DNA of 64,000 nt, taken from contig OZ025780.1 in assembly GCA_964019425.1 (NCBI GenBank), positions 558,001-622,000 on the forward strand. Reading direction: 5' to 3'. Both the position numbers and the translations under genes were made by a program. Under the pieces are notes generated by a model. The model had not been told where the DNA came from and searched no databases. It saw only the letters and a list, made by a program, of their open reading frames with translations. Below, one piece after another: positions 1 to 11,231 of this stretch. Position 1 is the stretch's first letter; every line of letters begins with the position of its first letter. The DNA comes from Flectonema sp. DT1601. Lineage: Eukaryota.

Positions 1-127
1 TTTTTTTTTTTTTGCTACTCTTCCTTTTCCGTTCCCTTCGCTGTGGATGATTTGTGTATGGAACCCGAAAAAAGACAATCGACTTACCTGCTCTTCTCCT
101 TGTTAGCCCTGTACGTGTGTGTGGAGT

Positions 128-182
<55 letters not shown>

Positions 183-347
183 CCGGCTCGCGTATCCTCC
201 GCTTTCCGAACTCTTCTGTCTATGCGGTCACCCCCGTACAGTTCCGACGCAGAATGGTAGTCACCACCACAGGCACCAAACAAAGCTAGTGAGAGAGTTC
301 TTCCTTCTCCTCTCCCGCAGGCTGATTCGTAAAGTTTTGTCTTAAAA

Positions 348-648
348 GAGAGTTTTAACAAGAACAAAAAAAGGATATGCTCTGTTTGCAGGTCTTAAAA
401 GCAAAGTTTAAACGAGAACAAGAAAAGATATGTTCTTCTCGCGCGCTGACTAGCGGAAGACCGTGTATCAAAGCAGAGTTTAAACAAGAACAAAAAAAAA
501 AAAAAAGGATTTGTTCTTTTCGCTGTCTTAAGCGGTGTTTAAACGAGAACAAGAAAAGATATGTTCTGTTCGTGCGATGTTTTGCGGAAGACCGTGTCTC
601 AGTGTAGTCTTAACGAAGAACAAAAGAAAATATTTGTTCTGTTTGCGC
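348..648. repeat. Degenerate tandem repeat, about five 55-75 bp units alternating in two types
   Basis: Recurrent gtttaaacRagaacaa...gatatgttct; each unit contains GAACA...TGTTC-like inverted arms. Confidence 0.6.
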
Positions 649-887
649 GTTCACCAGCGGTCCAGTCTCCAGAAAAGATGAGAAGGACGTATGAGCTGGA
701 GGAATAATTAACTTTTGACAAAAGCAAAGTACTCTCGAAGACAACTCGAATCAGAATGCAGGTGGGGAAAATTTCAACTCCCTCTTCAGCAGAGCAAGGT
801 TTCCACAGCAACAACAATTATCCGCGCCTTCAATGTCCGTTTGTGACTGCTGGCCGACTCAAAGCGTTCGTAGACCGAAGATAGATG

Positions 888-918
<31 letters not shown>

Positions 919-1002
919 TCCTACCCCGCCGATGTACTAGAGCTTACTGAAGGACCCGCGTTTATCTCCTCCTCTGCAAGTATGCCTATGCAAAATCTAA
1001 TT

Positions 1003-1034
<32 letters not shown>

Positions 1035-1154
1035 CCTCTTTCTTCCTTAGTATTTTCTAAATAAACAACGACAAGTAATACCAAATTCTTCTAAATAAAT
1101 ATGACCTAATTAATATATATAATAAACAATAAATAAAAATTTTTTTCAACAATA

Positions 1155-1216
1155 TACTTTGGCGCAGTGGTTTTTGTCACCGTCTGTCTTCTGGTCCACC
1201 TGGGTTCAATACCCTG
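1155..1216 (+). promoter_or_regulatory. tRNA-like Pol III A/B-box remnant
   Basis: TGGCGCAGTGG (1160-1170) and GGGTTCAATACCC (1202-1214); no intact cloverleaf, and a T5 run follows the A box. Confidence 0.45.
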
Positions 1217-1275
1217 TGGGGGTCGGGGGGCGACGGGGGCGACTTCTGCGACTTAAAAGACTTTAAAGCGCTAAG

Positions 1276-1924
1276 CGCTTCGCTACACGAACACGAGTGT
1301 GTCACGTGGCTGCCGCCGATTTCTTCTTTTGTTGGGGTGGGGGAGGGTGGATGGGGTGAGCGTGGGGAAGGGTGGTCGGGTTGTGGGATCCGCTTGCGTG
1401 GAAAAATTCCTAGCTGCGCTTTCCTACTCGCTGACGGGGATGGGGCGAGGGAGGGAAAAAACTGTGAAGAAGATGTTTTAATTTAACAATAACAAAAATG
1501 TACTCTAATGTAGACAGATAAATGTAACAAAATAACAGATAGTAACAGAATATACAGACAGATAAACAGACAGATAAACAAACAAATAAATAAGCAAATA
1601 AACAACAATCTAAGAGAGGAATGAAATTAAGAGGAAGTAATTAACAAAAGTAAACAAATAAATAAGGAAGAAGAAGGTCAGTCACATACACCGTCTCTTC
1701 TACGTCGTCGTCGTCGTCGTCTTCGAAGTCGCCGAAACGCTTCGCTACACGAACACGAGTGTGTCACGTGGCTGCCGCCGATTTCTTCTTTTGTTGGGGT
1801 GGGGGAGGGTGGATGGGGTGAGCGTGGGGAAGGGTGGTCGGGTTGTGGGATCCGCTTGCGTGGAAAAATTCCTAGCTGCGCTTTCCTACTCGCTGACGGG
1901 GATGGGGCGAGGGAGGGAAAAAAC
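1276..1924. repeat. Identical 187-bp direct repeats (1276-1462, 1738-1924), G-rich on +
   Basis: Direct comparison of the two copies. Confidence 0.95.
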
Positions 1925-1961
1925 AATAAAGTACAGAAACTGTAGCTTTAGAATCGTTGGT
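1924..1961 (-). other. Spliced-leader exon (diplonemid type) in a processed, trans-spliced context
   Basis: Minus strand reads ACCAACGATTCTAAAGCTACAGTTTCTGTACTTTATTG, matching the diplonemid SL consensus as I recall it. It is joined to the repeat, not to an SL-RNA intron. Confidence 0.9.
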
Positions 1962-1996
1962 CAGGGCCCCAGTAACTTAAAAAAAAAAAAAAATGG

Positions 1997-3752
1997 TTTT
2001 TTTTAGAAGAAGATCAGGACATCCAAGCACTGCTGGATAGTTGCTGAATGCAGGGCCTGCCTGTGGCATTATAATAACAGGCTAAGTCATTTGTAGTTCA
2101 TAGTTTACCTTTGATTTTATAACTTCACACAGGGTACTATGAACGATGAGAGATCCAGTGGGATCACTCAGGGTCTAGTAGAGACCACCAATGTTGTGCG
2201 TTGATAGGCAAGGTGACCAACCTTGACATTCTTTCTTTTCTCTCCTGTTGTGACAAACACAAAATACACATACAGCTTACAGTGTGTTCTTTGTGTATGT
2301 TTTCTTCAGGTGTGAGTAGTTTTTTTGTTCTTGCTCTTCAGGGAGGGCCTTAGCCAAAAGCTAACAGTCCAAATCTCACCTGGTAACTTAACTCATTCTT
2401 TGTCAGTTTTGGCATCAAACTTGTAATGGTTTAATCATTACAGGTTATTTACTGAAATATTTGTTCTAAAAGTTGCTAAGTATTTCTCACTTAGATAATT
2501 TTTATTTTTTTATTTTCAGCTTAATTAGCTACAAATTGTTTCTACTAAGTGTTTCTCACTTAGATTTTTTTTTTTGCTTTTCAGCTCCTTAAAAGCTGCT
2601 AAGTGTTTCTGCTAAGTGTTTCTCACTTAGAATTTTATTTTTATGTTCGTTTTCTATCCCTTCTCCTATCCCTTTTGTTCAAAATAAGCGGGAGGAAATT
2701 CTCTCATTCACGCTAAGATGCACTCTGAACTTTGATTTTTTGATCTGAGTGTGAGGGAATGACCTGTTAGTGCATTGGGCATAAGCTGGGCTGCAGTTTA
2801 GATGTCTTGGGTGTTAATAAGGGGTTCCTCTTAGCATTTTTCTTTGTTCCCACCTTATGATTTTCTTGAAGAAAAAAAAATAGAAGTCATAATGGTGCTT
2901 CCCTCTGGAAGGGTTGTAAGCCATGGTGTCCAACTAAATTAAAGGACAAGTCTGGGATAATCCCTGCCAGAGGGGCGAGTATTCTACCATGGTTGAAATA
3001 CTCTGGCAACTGATCTTCAATTTTATGTTGTTTGTTAGCTGCTGGTGTATCCTGATCATGTGTTGATACTTGCATTTTTTTATTTGTAATCTTCTATTAC
3101 AATTCTCTTTCTGTTCTGGTCTGTTACTTCATTTGTCTTGTTTAACTTCAGTTATATCCATTTTACTTTTTATTGTTTCCCATCTACTTTTTATTTTCTA
3201 TTAGTTCTGGTCAGAAACTCCTGGGCAGCAAGAAGGAAAGCAGTTTAGTACTTCTGGGTGTTTGGCATCACCCCCCATAGTGAGCAAGTACAACAGGTAG
3301 CATTGGTAGTCTGTTGATCCTGAGTGATCCCAGCTACAGTTTTGTTTTTCTTTCTTTTTTTTAGAAGAAGATCAGGACATCCAAGCACTGCTGGATAGTT
3401 GCTGAATGCAGGGCCTGCCTGTGGCATTATAATAACAGGCTAAGTCATTTGTAGTTCATAGTTTACCTTTGATTTTATAACTTCACACAGGGTACTATGA
3501 ACGATGAGAGATCCAGTGGGATCACTCAGGGTCTAGTAGAGACCACCAATGTTGTGCGTTGATATGCAAGGTGACCAACCTTGACATTCTTTCTTTTCTC
3601 TCCTGTTGTGACAAACACAAAATACACATACAGCTTACAGTGTGTTCTTTGTGTATGTTTTCTTCAGGTGTGAGTAGTTTTTTTGTTCTTGCTCTTCAGG
3701 GAGGGCCTTAGCCAAAAGCTAACAGTCCAAATCTCACCTGGTAACTTAACTC
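1997..3752 (+). mobile_element. Family A element: truncated copy (1997-2394) plus full ~1358-bp unit (2395-3752)
   Basis: Many copies in the window share the right end ...CTCACCTGGTAA(C/T)T(T/C)AACTC and have variable left ends; no credible ORF. Strand is assigned from truncation polarity. Confidence 0.85.
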
Positions 3753-4050
3753 TGTCTATTTCGGAAACTATTTTGTGTGGAGCTGTTAGCAGATTATAGG
3801 TTTTCTACTGGAAAAAAAAAATTTTTTGCTGAAAAAATTTTTTTTGTTGCTGAAAAAAAAATTTTTGTTGCTGAAAAAAAAAATTTTTTTTTGCTGTCCA
3901 TTTCGGAAACTTTCGTGTGTGGAGCTGTCCATTTCGGAAACTTTTTTGTGTGGAGCTGTCCATTTCGGAAACTTTTTTGTGTGGAGCTGTCCATTTCGCA
4001 AACTTTTGTGTTGAAATCCGACATTTCGCAAACTTTTTTGTGGAATTATC
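3753..4050. repeat. ~31-bp tandem repeats ending in a MULE-TIR-like remnant
   Basis: ggagctgtccatttcggaaacttttttgtgt repeats; the end tttcgcaaacttttttgtggaatta resembles the TIR at 42374-42397. Confidence 0.55.
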
Positions 4051-4654
4051 AGCTCGTGAAGGGATCCAGTTGGTTCAAAGGTTTTCTCCCCCCACTCTAT
4101 TTATCGTCATTGGTGCGCACCTTCGAACAGGAAGGCCAACATTGACGGAATTTTTTACTTCTCTTCCCAAGGTTGAACCTTGGGAAAAAAACAAACAATA
4201 AACACAGTGTAGACAAACACCCGCCGGACATCTGCAGAGCAGCGATCGATGTCGATGTCTTCGTTGTCGAACTTCCTGGCGTTTATGTTTTTGTTTTTAA
4301 CAACAACACAACACCAACTAACAGGTTTGTCTCATTGCCCATTCTTTCTTGTTTCCCTTTGCCGCCGGAAGAACGAAGGTCGACGGAGGTCCGAAGCATT
4401 GCTTGCGATGATGTTCCGGTATGTGTTGCGTCTCTGTTATTTGTTTGTTTCAACTCAATTGGTTCATCTCAGGTTTTAGAAGTCCTCGTCCTGTTCGATG
4501 GGAAGGGCCTGAACCAAAAGTTCACTGCCCCTATTCCTTTCCCAAATCTCTTATCCATTGTTTTTCCCAAAAAAAAAAAAAGGAAAAGAAAAAAAAAATA
4601 TGAAGAGGAAATAATCAAACATGAAAAAAAAAAAAAAAAAAAAAATATATACTG

Positions 4655-4743
4655 TAAATATTCTTGTGGGGAAAAACCCGCGAGTTTTTTTTATTTTTTC
4701 TAAATCCGCGAGAATTTTTCCCCGCGAGAGTATTTCCCTGCCA
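4655..4743. mobile_element. Small MITE-like inverted-repeat element; relatives at ~37136-37213 and ~57103-57150
   Basis: aaatattcttgtggggaaaaa ... tttttccccgcgagagtattt imperfect inverted arms; shared aaaacccgcgag motif. Confidence 0.5.
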
Positions 4744-5254
4744 GCATACATTTTTATACAGCCATTTTTTTAGTTCCTTTTTGTGGAGGAGTGAATAAAT
4801 CAACAGGGGGGATAGGGGCTGGATCCTTTTGGGATCGGCCCTCCCTTCACTTCCGCTCTCCAACGGGGGTCGCATCCCAGCCAATCGTCAGCGAAGAAAA
4901 GATTGCAAGGCATCGGCAAGCAGGCACAAAGAAACACTTAAGAGGGTAATAGTACAAACCTGTTTATTTTGTTTTTTTTAGGCGATTAACTATGCCAGAT
5001 GCCAAGCAAACCAAGCGAGTGACGATCAGCTTCCTTCAGAGGTGGAGGAGCAGCGGCAGTGTGGCAAACCTCCTCCTTCATCTGCATCCATGCTCCAGTG
5101 CAGGTGAGCCACTCTCTTCATCAAGTTGATGCTATCGCCTGTAACTGATGCATGTGACGTTATAGTCTATAGCCCGAAATTAAAAAAAAAGGAATAGTTT
5201 AAAAAAAAAAAAGATCTTAACTCATTGATATTGTTTCTGAGCCATTCTCTTTTC

Positions 5255-5317
<63 letters not shown>

Positions 5318-5319
5318 TA

Positions 5320-6379
5320 TTGCTACTTCACAACAAAAAAAAAAAAGAAACACCGGGCCGGCGGTGTCATAAAGATACTGGCAACCATCTCTCAGCCAAC
5401 CCAGCCCCCGAGGCTTTACAAGAGGCTATTTCGAGATCGGCTCTGGATGGGGATAAAACTTTAGTAGCCAAATGTCCTTTATGTTTTGAGACATACCTCA
5501 AAGGTCCAGTTGCGCATTTTAGACGTAACTGTAAGTTTAGTAAGGAATTTAAGGACTATAAGTCACGTTTTCCCCCATCTACCCACTCCCAAGTTAAAGA
5601 TTGTTACCACTTACCTTGTCCAGAATGTGGTAAGCTTTTCAAAAGTATCGCTACGAGAGCGAAACACTGTGTTAACGGTACATGTAAAGGTACACCTCTG
5701 TCTCCCCTCACAGGGAATAATTCAGACCTGGAACCTCCCTTTGTAGGAGAATCTGTAGATTTTAAAACTTCACAAACAGCTTTCGTTCCTTATAACTCTA
5801 CAACACCCACTTTTACCCCGTTACACCCGTCTCGTCTCAAATTCCGATCTTTTGGAACTGAATGGAAGGACATCGACGTTTCTGCTGCAGAAAAACTTCA
5901 AACTTTCACCGTCGAAACAGAAAACTCTTCAAAACCTGCCGACCAACTTGATAAACTACTCAAAACGGTTTATCAAATATGTAGCGGTTTCTTTGAAGAA
6001 ACAAAGCGGAATTTACCCCGCAAACAGAAATCAAGGGAAGAGGTCATCCTCGACCAAGAAAAACTTGAATGTCGTCTGGAAATGAAACAGCTAAGACAGG
6101 AGCTCCGCAAATCCGGGCCTTCTATAGAGAACGCTGTCAAATGGAAAGAGGCAAGAACGAGAATGAAAAGGATTTTCCGAATGTATCGGAATTTAGAAAA
6201 GAAAAATTTATTCAAAAAATTACAAGATAAATTTCGTCAAAATCCGTTTACTGCCATAAAAGAAGAACTCCAAAAAGAAGATCCTCAACCCCCCTCCCTT
6301 GATATTCCAGAGGAAAAAATAATTGAACATTTTAAAAACAATTATTGTGACAATGAAAAAAAAAAAACTGATTTCACCC
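5320..6379 (+). CDS. Non-LTR ORF N-terminal part with two Zn-finger motifs
   Basis: CPLC..H..C and CPEC..H..C, then ..FRQNPF.. pre-RT region; start codon uncertain; sequence after ~6377 belongs to family B. Confidence 0.75.
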
Positions 6380-7202
6380 AACTTCGCCTCTCGGAGCTGA
6401 ATCACCAACGGTGTACAACTCACGCAGAGCAGCTTGAGCAATCCATGATGTTAACGGGACTGGCGAGCGATTTAAATGCTCAACTCGCCTTGGCACGGTC
6501 TCAAATTGCGGCCCTGAAGTTCCAATTAGCTTCATGGGCAGAAGGTTTGAGTCCGCCAGACACAGAAGAACATGAGGAAAATGAAACTCCGCCGAGAAAG
6601 TCTGAGCGTTCAACTCTGAAAAAACGAACCCCTCCATCAAGATATCGTTACAATCGAAGGAGATGTTCTGCTGATGACGTTCACGGTGACTCCACCCCCT
6701 TGTAATTCTCTTTTTCCTTACTTTCACATCACTTTGTTTAGTTAGTTTTTTAGCTTATTTATTATTTATTGTTCGTTTTTGTTTGTATTATTTTATCGAT
6801 ATGTTTATGTCCGTCAGATCATAACGTTAATCAGGTTAATTGTTAATTGTTAATTATAAATGGTCTAAACCCCAATCCAAGTTCCCAAGGCTTGGCATAG
6901 ATTTGAGTGACGCCTTACTGGCCTCCTCATCCTCTATGAGTGGTGAGGGGGCCAGCAATGGTTTTTTTTTTTTTTTTTTTTCTCTTATTTCTTTTTTTCT
7001 TTTTCTTTTACTCTAATATGAAATATTTTTGAACAAAATGTGATTATTAATTTAAAAAAAAAAAAAAAAAATAATAATGTAAATGAATAATAAAAAAAAA
7101 AAAAAAAAAAACATGCCTTGGGAATACAATCAAAGCCCCAATTAATCGGTCCTTTCTTTTTCCTTCTTGTCAAGTGATCGCTCCACTCGTCGATCACCAA
7201 AA

Positions 7203-7825
7203 CCGATTGTATTTATATCTGTTCTTTTCTCAACGATCGGCTATACCGACCATTTTTTTTTTATAAATAATTGTTTTCTTCTTCTCGACGATCAGATCCA
7301 ATTGATCGACCTTTTTTTTTTTTTTTTTTCCTTTATTCCTTCCATCCCTCCCGCTCCCCTAATTTTAAATAAAAACAAGATCAGCTCAGCTTGATCGTTA
7401 ATCTTTTTTTCTTTTTTTAATTTAAACTGATTGTATTTATATCTGTTTATTTTTCTCGACGATCGGCTATACCGATCAACCTTTAAAATAATTTCTTCTT
7501 CTCGACGATCAGATCCAATTGATCAACCTTTTCTTTTTTTTTCCTCTATTCCTTCCATCCCTCCCGCTCCCCTATTTGTAATAAAAACAAGATCAGCTCA
7601 GCTTGATCGTTAATCTTTTTTTCTTTTTTTAATTTAAACTGATTGTATTTATATCTGTTTATTTTTCTCAACGATCGGCTATACCGATCAACCTTTAAAA
7701 AAATTTCCTCTTCTCGACGATCAGATCCAATTGATCAACCTTTTCTTTTTTTTTTCCTCTATTCCTTCCATCCCTCCCGCTCCCCTATTTGTAATAAAAA
7801 CAAGATCAGCTCAGCTTGATCGTTA
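7203..7825. repeat. Three ~190-220-bp tandem units inside family B, each with three GATC-closed hairpins
   Basis: gatcggctataccgatc, gatcagatccaattgatc and gatcagctcagcttgatc recur; only two units in the copy at ~30745-31147. Confidence 0.85.
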
Positions 7826-8154
7826 AATTTTTTTTTCTTTCTTTTTTGTTGGTCCTAGTCAAGACCTTAAACTGACTAACCGGTCTTAATTTTAAATAAG
7901 TGTTAACCTAGTTTCTCTTTTCCTTTTCAATTTCCTTTTAATACTCTCTATCTGGTCTGTTATGTCATATTTCTCATTTAATTTTATCATCCATTTTACT
8001 TTTCACTGTTTCCCATCTACATTTTATTTTCAAATAGTTACGGTCTGTTAAAAAAAAAAAAAAAGTTTAAATAAGTTAAATTGAACATGTTAACTCAATT
8101 CCTCAATTCTTCCGTCATGGTCATGACATTCTTTTTCGTTTCTCTAATGCACAA

Positions 8155-8249
8155 GAGATACCATCACTCATGAGATACCAACGCACATACGAGATACCAG
8201 CACTCCAGAGATACCGACACGCTAGAGATACCAAGTCACTTGAGATACC
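8155..8249. repeat. Six phased GAGATACC motifs with unique spacers
   Basis: Starts at 8155, 8172, 8191, 8208, 8225, 8242; conserved at ~31473-31567. Confidence 0.9.
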
Positions 8250-8494
8250 TCCTTGTAAATTAATTCCCGGTATTTCAAATTTGAATTGATAGTGTCAACT
8301 CTGCTTGCTGCTCTTGTTAATGTGTTGTCTCCTGAAAGTGATCTTAACTCCTGTAAAAAGAAAAAAAAAAAGAAATCAAAAAAGAAGAATTTTCAAACGA
8401 AGTTATAACAACCCCTACCACCCATTATGATCAATTCCGCTTGTTTTTTTTTTTTTTTTTTAAAACAAAAAAAAAAATAAAAAATTATAAAAGA

Positions 8495-9534
8495 TTAAAC
8501 AATGTTATCATTGTATTTTTATCGATCGACTATGTCGATTACTTTCTATTTTCCGTCCTGGTCAAGACGCTAAACTGATTGTTTTTTTTTTTTTTTCAAA
8601 ATTAATAAAAAAGAATATAAAAAAAAAAATAAAAAAAAGAATAAACAATGTTATCATTGTTTTTTTATCGTTCGACTTTGTCGACTAATTTCTATTCTCC
8701 GTTTTTTTCTTAAAAAATAAATAAAAAGAATTTAAAAAAAAAAAAAAAAAAAAAAGAATAAACAATGTTATCATTGTTTTTTTATCGATCGACTATGTCG
8801 ATTACTTTCTATTTTCCGTTTTTTTCTTTAAAAATAAATAAAAAGAATAAAAAAAAAAAAAAAAGGAATAAACAATGTTATCATTGTTTTTATTTTATCG
8901 ATCGACTATGTCGATTACTTTCTATTTTCCGTCCTGGTCAAGACGCTAAACTGATTGTTTTTTCTTTAAAAAATAAAAAGAAGGATTTAAAAAAAAGAAG
9001 AAAAAAAAAAAAAAGAATAAACAATGTTATCATTGTTTTTTTATCGATCGACTATGTCGATCACTTTCTATTTTTCGTCCTGGTCAAGACGCTAAACTGA
9101 TTGTTTTTTCTTTAAAAATAATAAAAAGGATTTAAAAAAAAAAAAAAAAAAAAAAAGAATAAACAATGTTATCATTGTTTTTTTATCGATCGACTATGTC
9201 GATCACTTTCTATTTTCCGTCCTGGTCAAGACGCAAAACTGATTGTTTTTTTTTCAAAATTAATAAAAAAGAATACAAAAAAAAATAAAAAAAAAAAGAA
9301 TAAACAATGTTATCATTGTTTTTTTTTTTATCGTTCGACGTTGTTGACTAATTTCTATTTTCCGTTTTTTTTTTTTCTTTTTAAAAAATAAATAAAAAGA
9401 TTTAAAAAAAAAAAAAAAAAGAATAAACAATGTTATCATTGTTTTTTTTATCGATCGACTATGTCGATTACTTTCTATTTTCCGTCCTGGTCAAGACGCT
9501 AAACTGATTGTTTTTTCTTTAAAAAAAAAAAAAG

Positions 9535-9571
<37 letters not shown>

Positions 9572-10907
9572 ATAAACAATGTTATCATTGTTTTTTTTTT
9601 ATCGATCGACTATGTCGATCACTTTCTATTTTCCGTCCTGGTCAAGACGCTAAACTGATTGTTTTTTTTTTCAAAATTAATAAAAAAGAATATAAAAAAA
9701 AAAATAAAAAAAAAAGAATAAACAATGTTATCATTGTTTTTTTTTTTATCGTTCGACTTTGTTGACTAATTTCTATTTTCCGTTTTTTTTCTTTTTAAAA
9801 TAAAAAGAATTTAAAAAAAAAAAAAAAAAAGAGTAAACAATGTTATCATTGTTTTTTTTATCGATCGACTATGTCGATTACTTTCTATTTTCCGTCCTGG
9901 TCAAGACGCTAAACTGATTGTTTTTTTTTCAAAATTAATAAAAAAGAATATAAAAAAAAACAAAAAAAAAAAGAATAAACAATGTTATCATTGTTTTTTT
10001 TTATCGTTCGACTTTGTCGACTAATTTTTATTTTCCGTTTTTTTTCTTTAAAAATAAATAAAAAGAATTTAAAAAAAAAAAAAAAAAAAGAATAAACAAT
10101 GTTATCATTGTTTTTTTATCGATCGACTATGTCGATCACTTTCTATTTTCCGTCCTGGTCAAGACGCTAAACTGATTGTTTTTTCTTTAAAATAATAAAA
10201 AGGATTAAAAAAAAAAAAAAAAAAAAAAAAGAATAAACAATGTTATCATTGTTTTTTATCGATCGACTATGTCGATCACTTTCTATTTTCCGTCCTGGTC
10301 AAGACGCTAAACTGATTGTTTTTTCTTTAAAATAATAAAAAGGATTAAAAAAAAAAAAAAAAAAAAAAAAGAATAAACAATGTTATCATTGTTTTTTATC
10401 GATCGACTATGTCGATCACTTTCTATTTTCCGTCCTGGTCAAGACGCTAAACTGATTGTTTTTTCTTTAAAAAATAATTAAAAGGTTTAAAAAAAAAAAA
10501 AAAAAAAAAAAAAGAATAAACAATGTTATCATTGTTTTTTTATCGATCGACTATGTCGATCACTTTCAATTTTCCGTCCTGGTCAGGACGCTAAACTGAT
10601 TGTTTTTTCTTTAAAAATAAATAAAAAGAATAAAAAAAAAGAAAAAAAAAAGGAATAAACAATGTTATCATTGTTTTTTTTTTATCGATCGACTATGTCG
10701 ATTACTTTCTATTTTCCGTCCTGGTCAGGACGCTAAACTGATTGTTTTTTCTTTAAAAATAAATAAAAAGAATAAAAAAAAAAGAAAAAAAAAAGGAATA
10801 AACAATGTTATCATTGTTTTTTATCGATCGACTATGTCGATCACTTTCTATTTTCCGTCCTGGTCAAGACGCTAAACTGATTGTTTTTTCTTTAAAATAA
10901 TTAAAAG

Positions 10908-10940
<33 letters not shown>

Positions 10941-11175
10941 ATAAACAATGTTATCATTGTCTTTTTTCTATCGATCGACTATGTGGATCACTTTCAATTT
11001 TCCGTCCTGGTCAGGACGCTAAACTGATTGTTTTTTCTTTAAAAATAAATAAAAAGAATAAAAAAAAAAAAAAAAAAAAGGAATAAACAATGTTATCATT
11101 GTTTTTTTTCTATCGATCGACTATGTCGATTAATTTCTATTTTCCGTCCTGATCGAGACGCTAAACTGATTGTTT
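8495..11175. repeat. Internal ~100-125-bp satellite array of family B
   Basis: Unit aaacaatgttatcattgttt-atcgactatgtcgat-cgtcctggtcaagacg-poly(A); also inverted at ~13465-16005 and direct at ~31825-36520. Confidence 0.95.
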
Positions 11176-11193
11176 CCTTTTTTTAAATAATAA

Positions 11194-11231
<38 letters not shown>

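Noticed and set aside
3332..3342. AGCTACAGTTT as an SL relic in family A
   Set aside because: An 11-nt match could be chance.
2887..3427. Recurrent 60-62 aa ORFs (MPQAGP.., MQVSTH..)
   Set aside because: Recurrence only reflects repeat copies; no motifs, and one copy has a stop.
1997..3752. Family A as an LTR/TRIM element or canonical Helitron
   Set aside because: No TG..CA ends, PBS or TSD; repeat length varies; no CTRR terminus.
5320..6705. 461-aa ORF as a single gene
   Set aside because: Chance in-frame fusion of the non-LTR N-terminus with the family B ORF tail at ~6377.
8155..11175. CRISPR array
   Set aside because: Cores of 8 bp with 9-11 bp spacers are too short, satellite linkers are homopolymers, there are no cas genes, and the DNA is eukaryotic.
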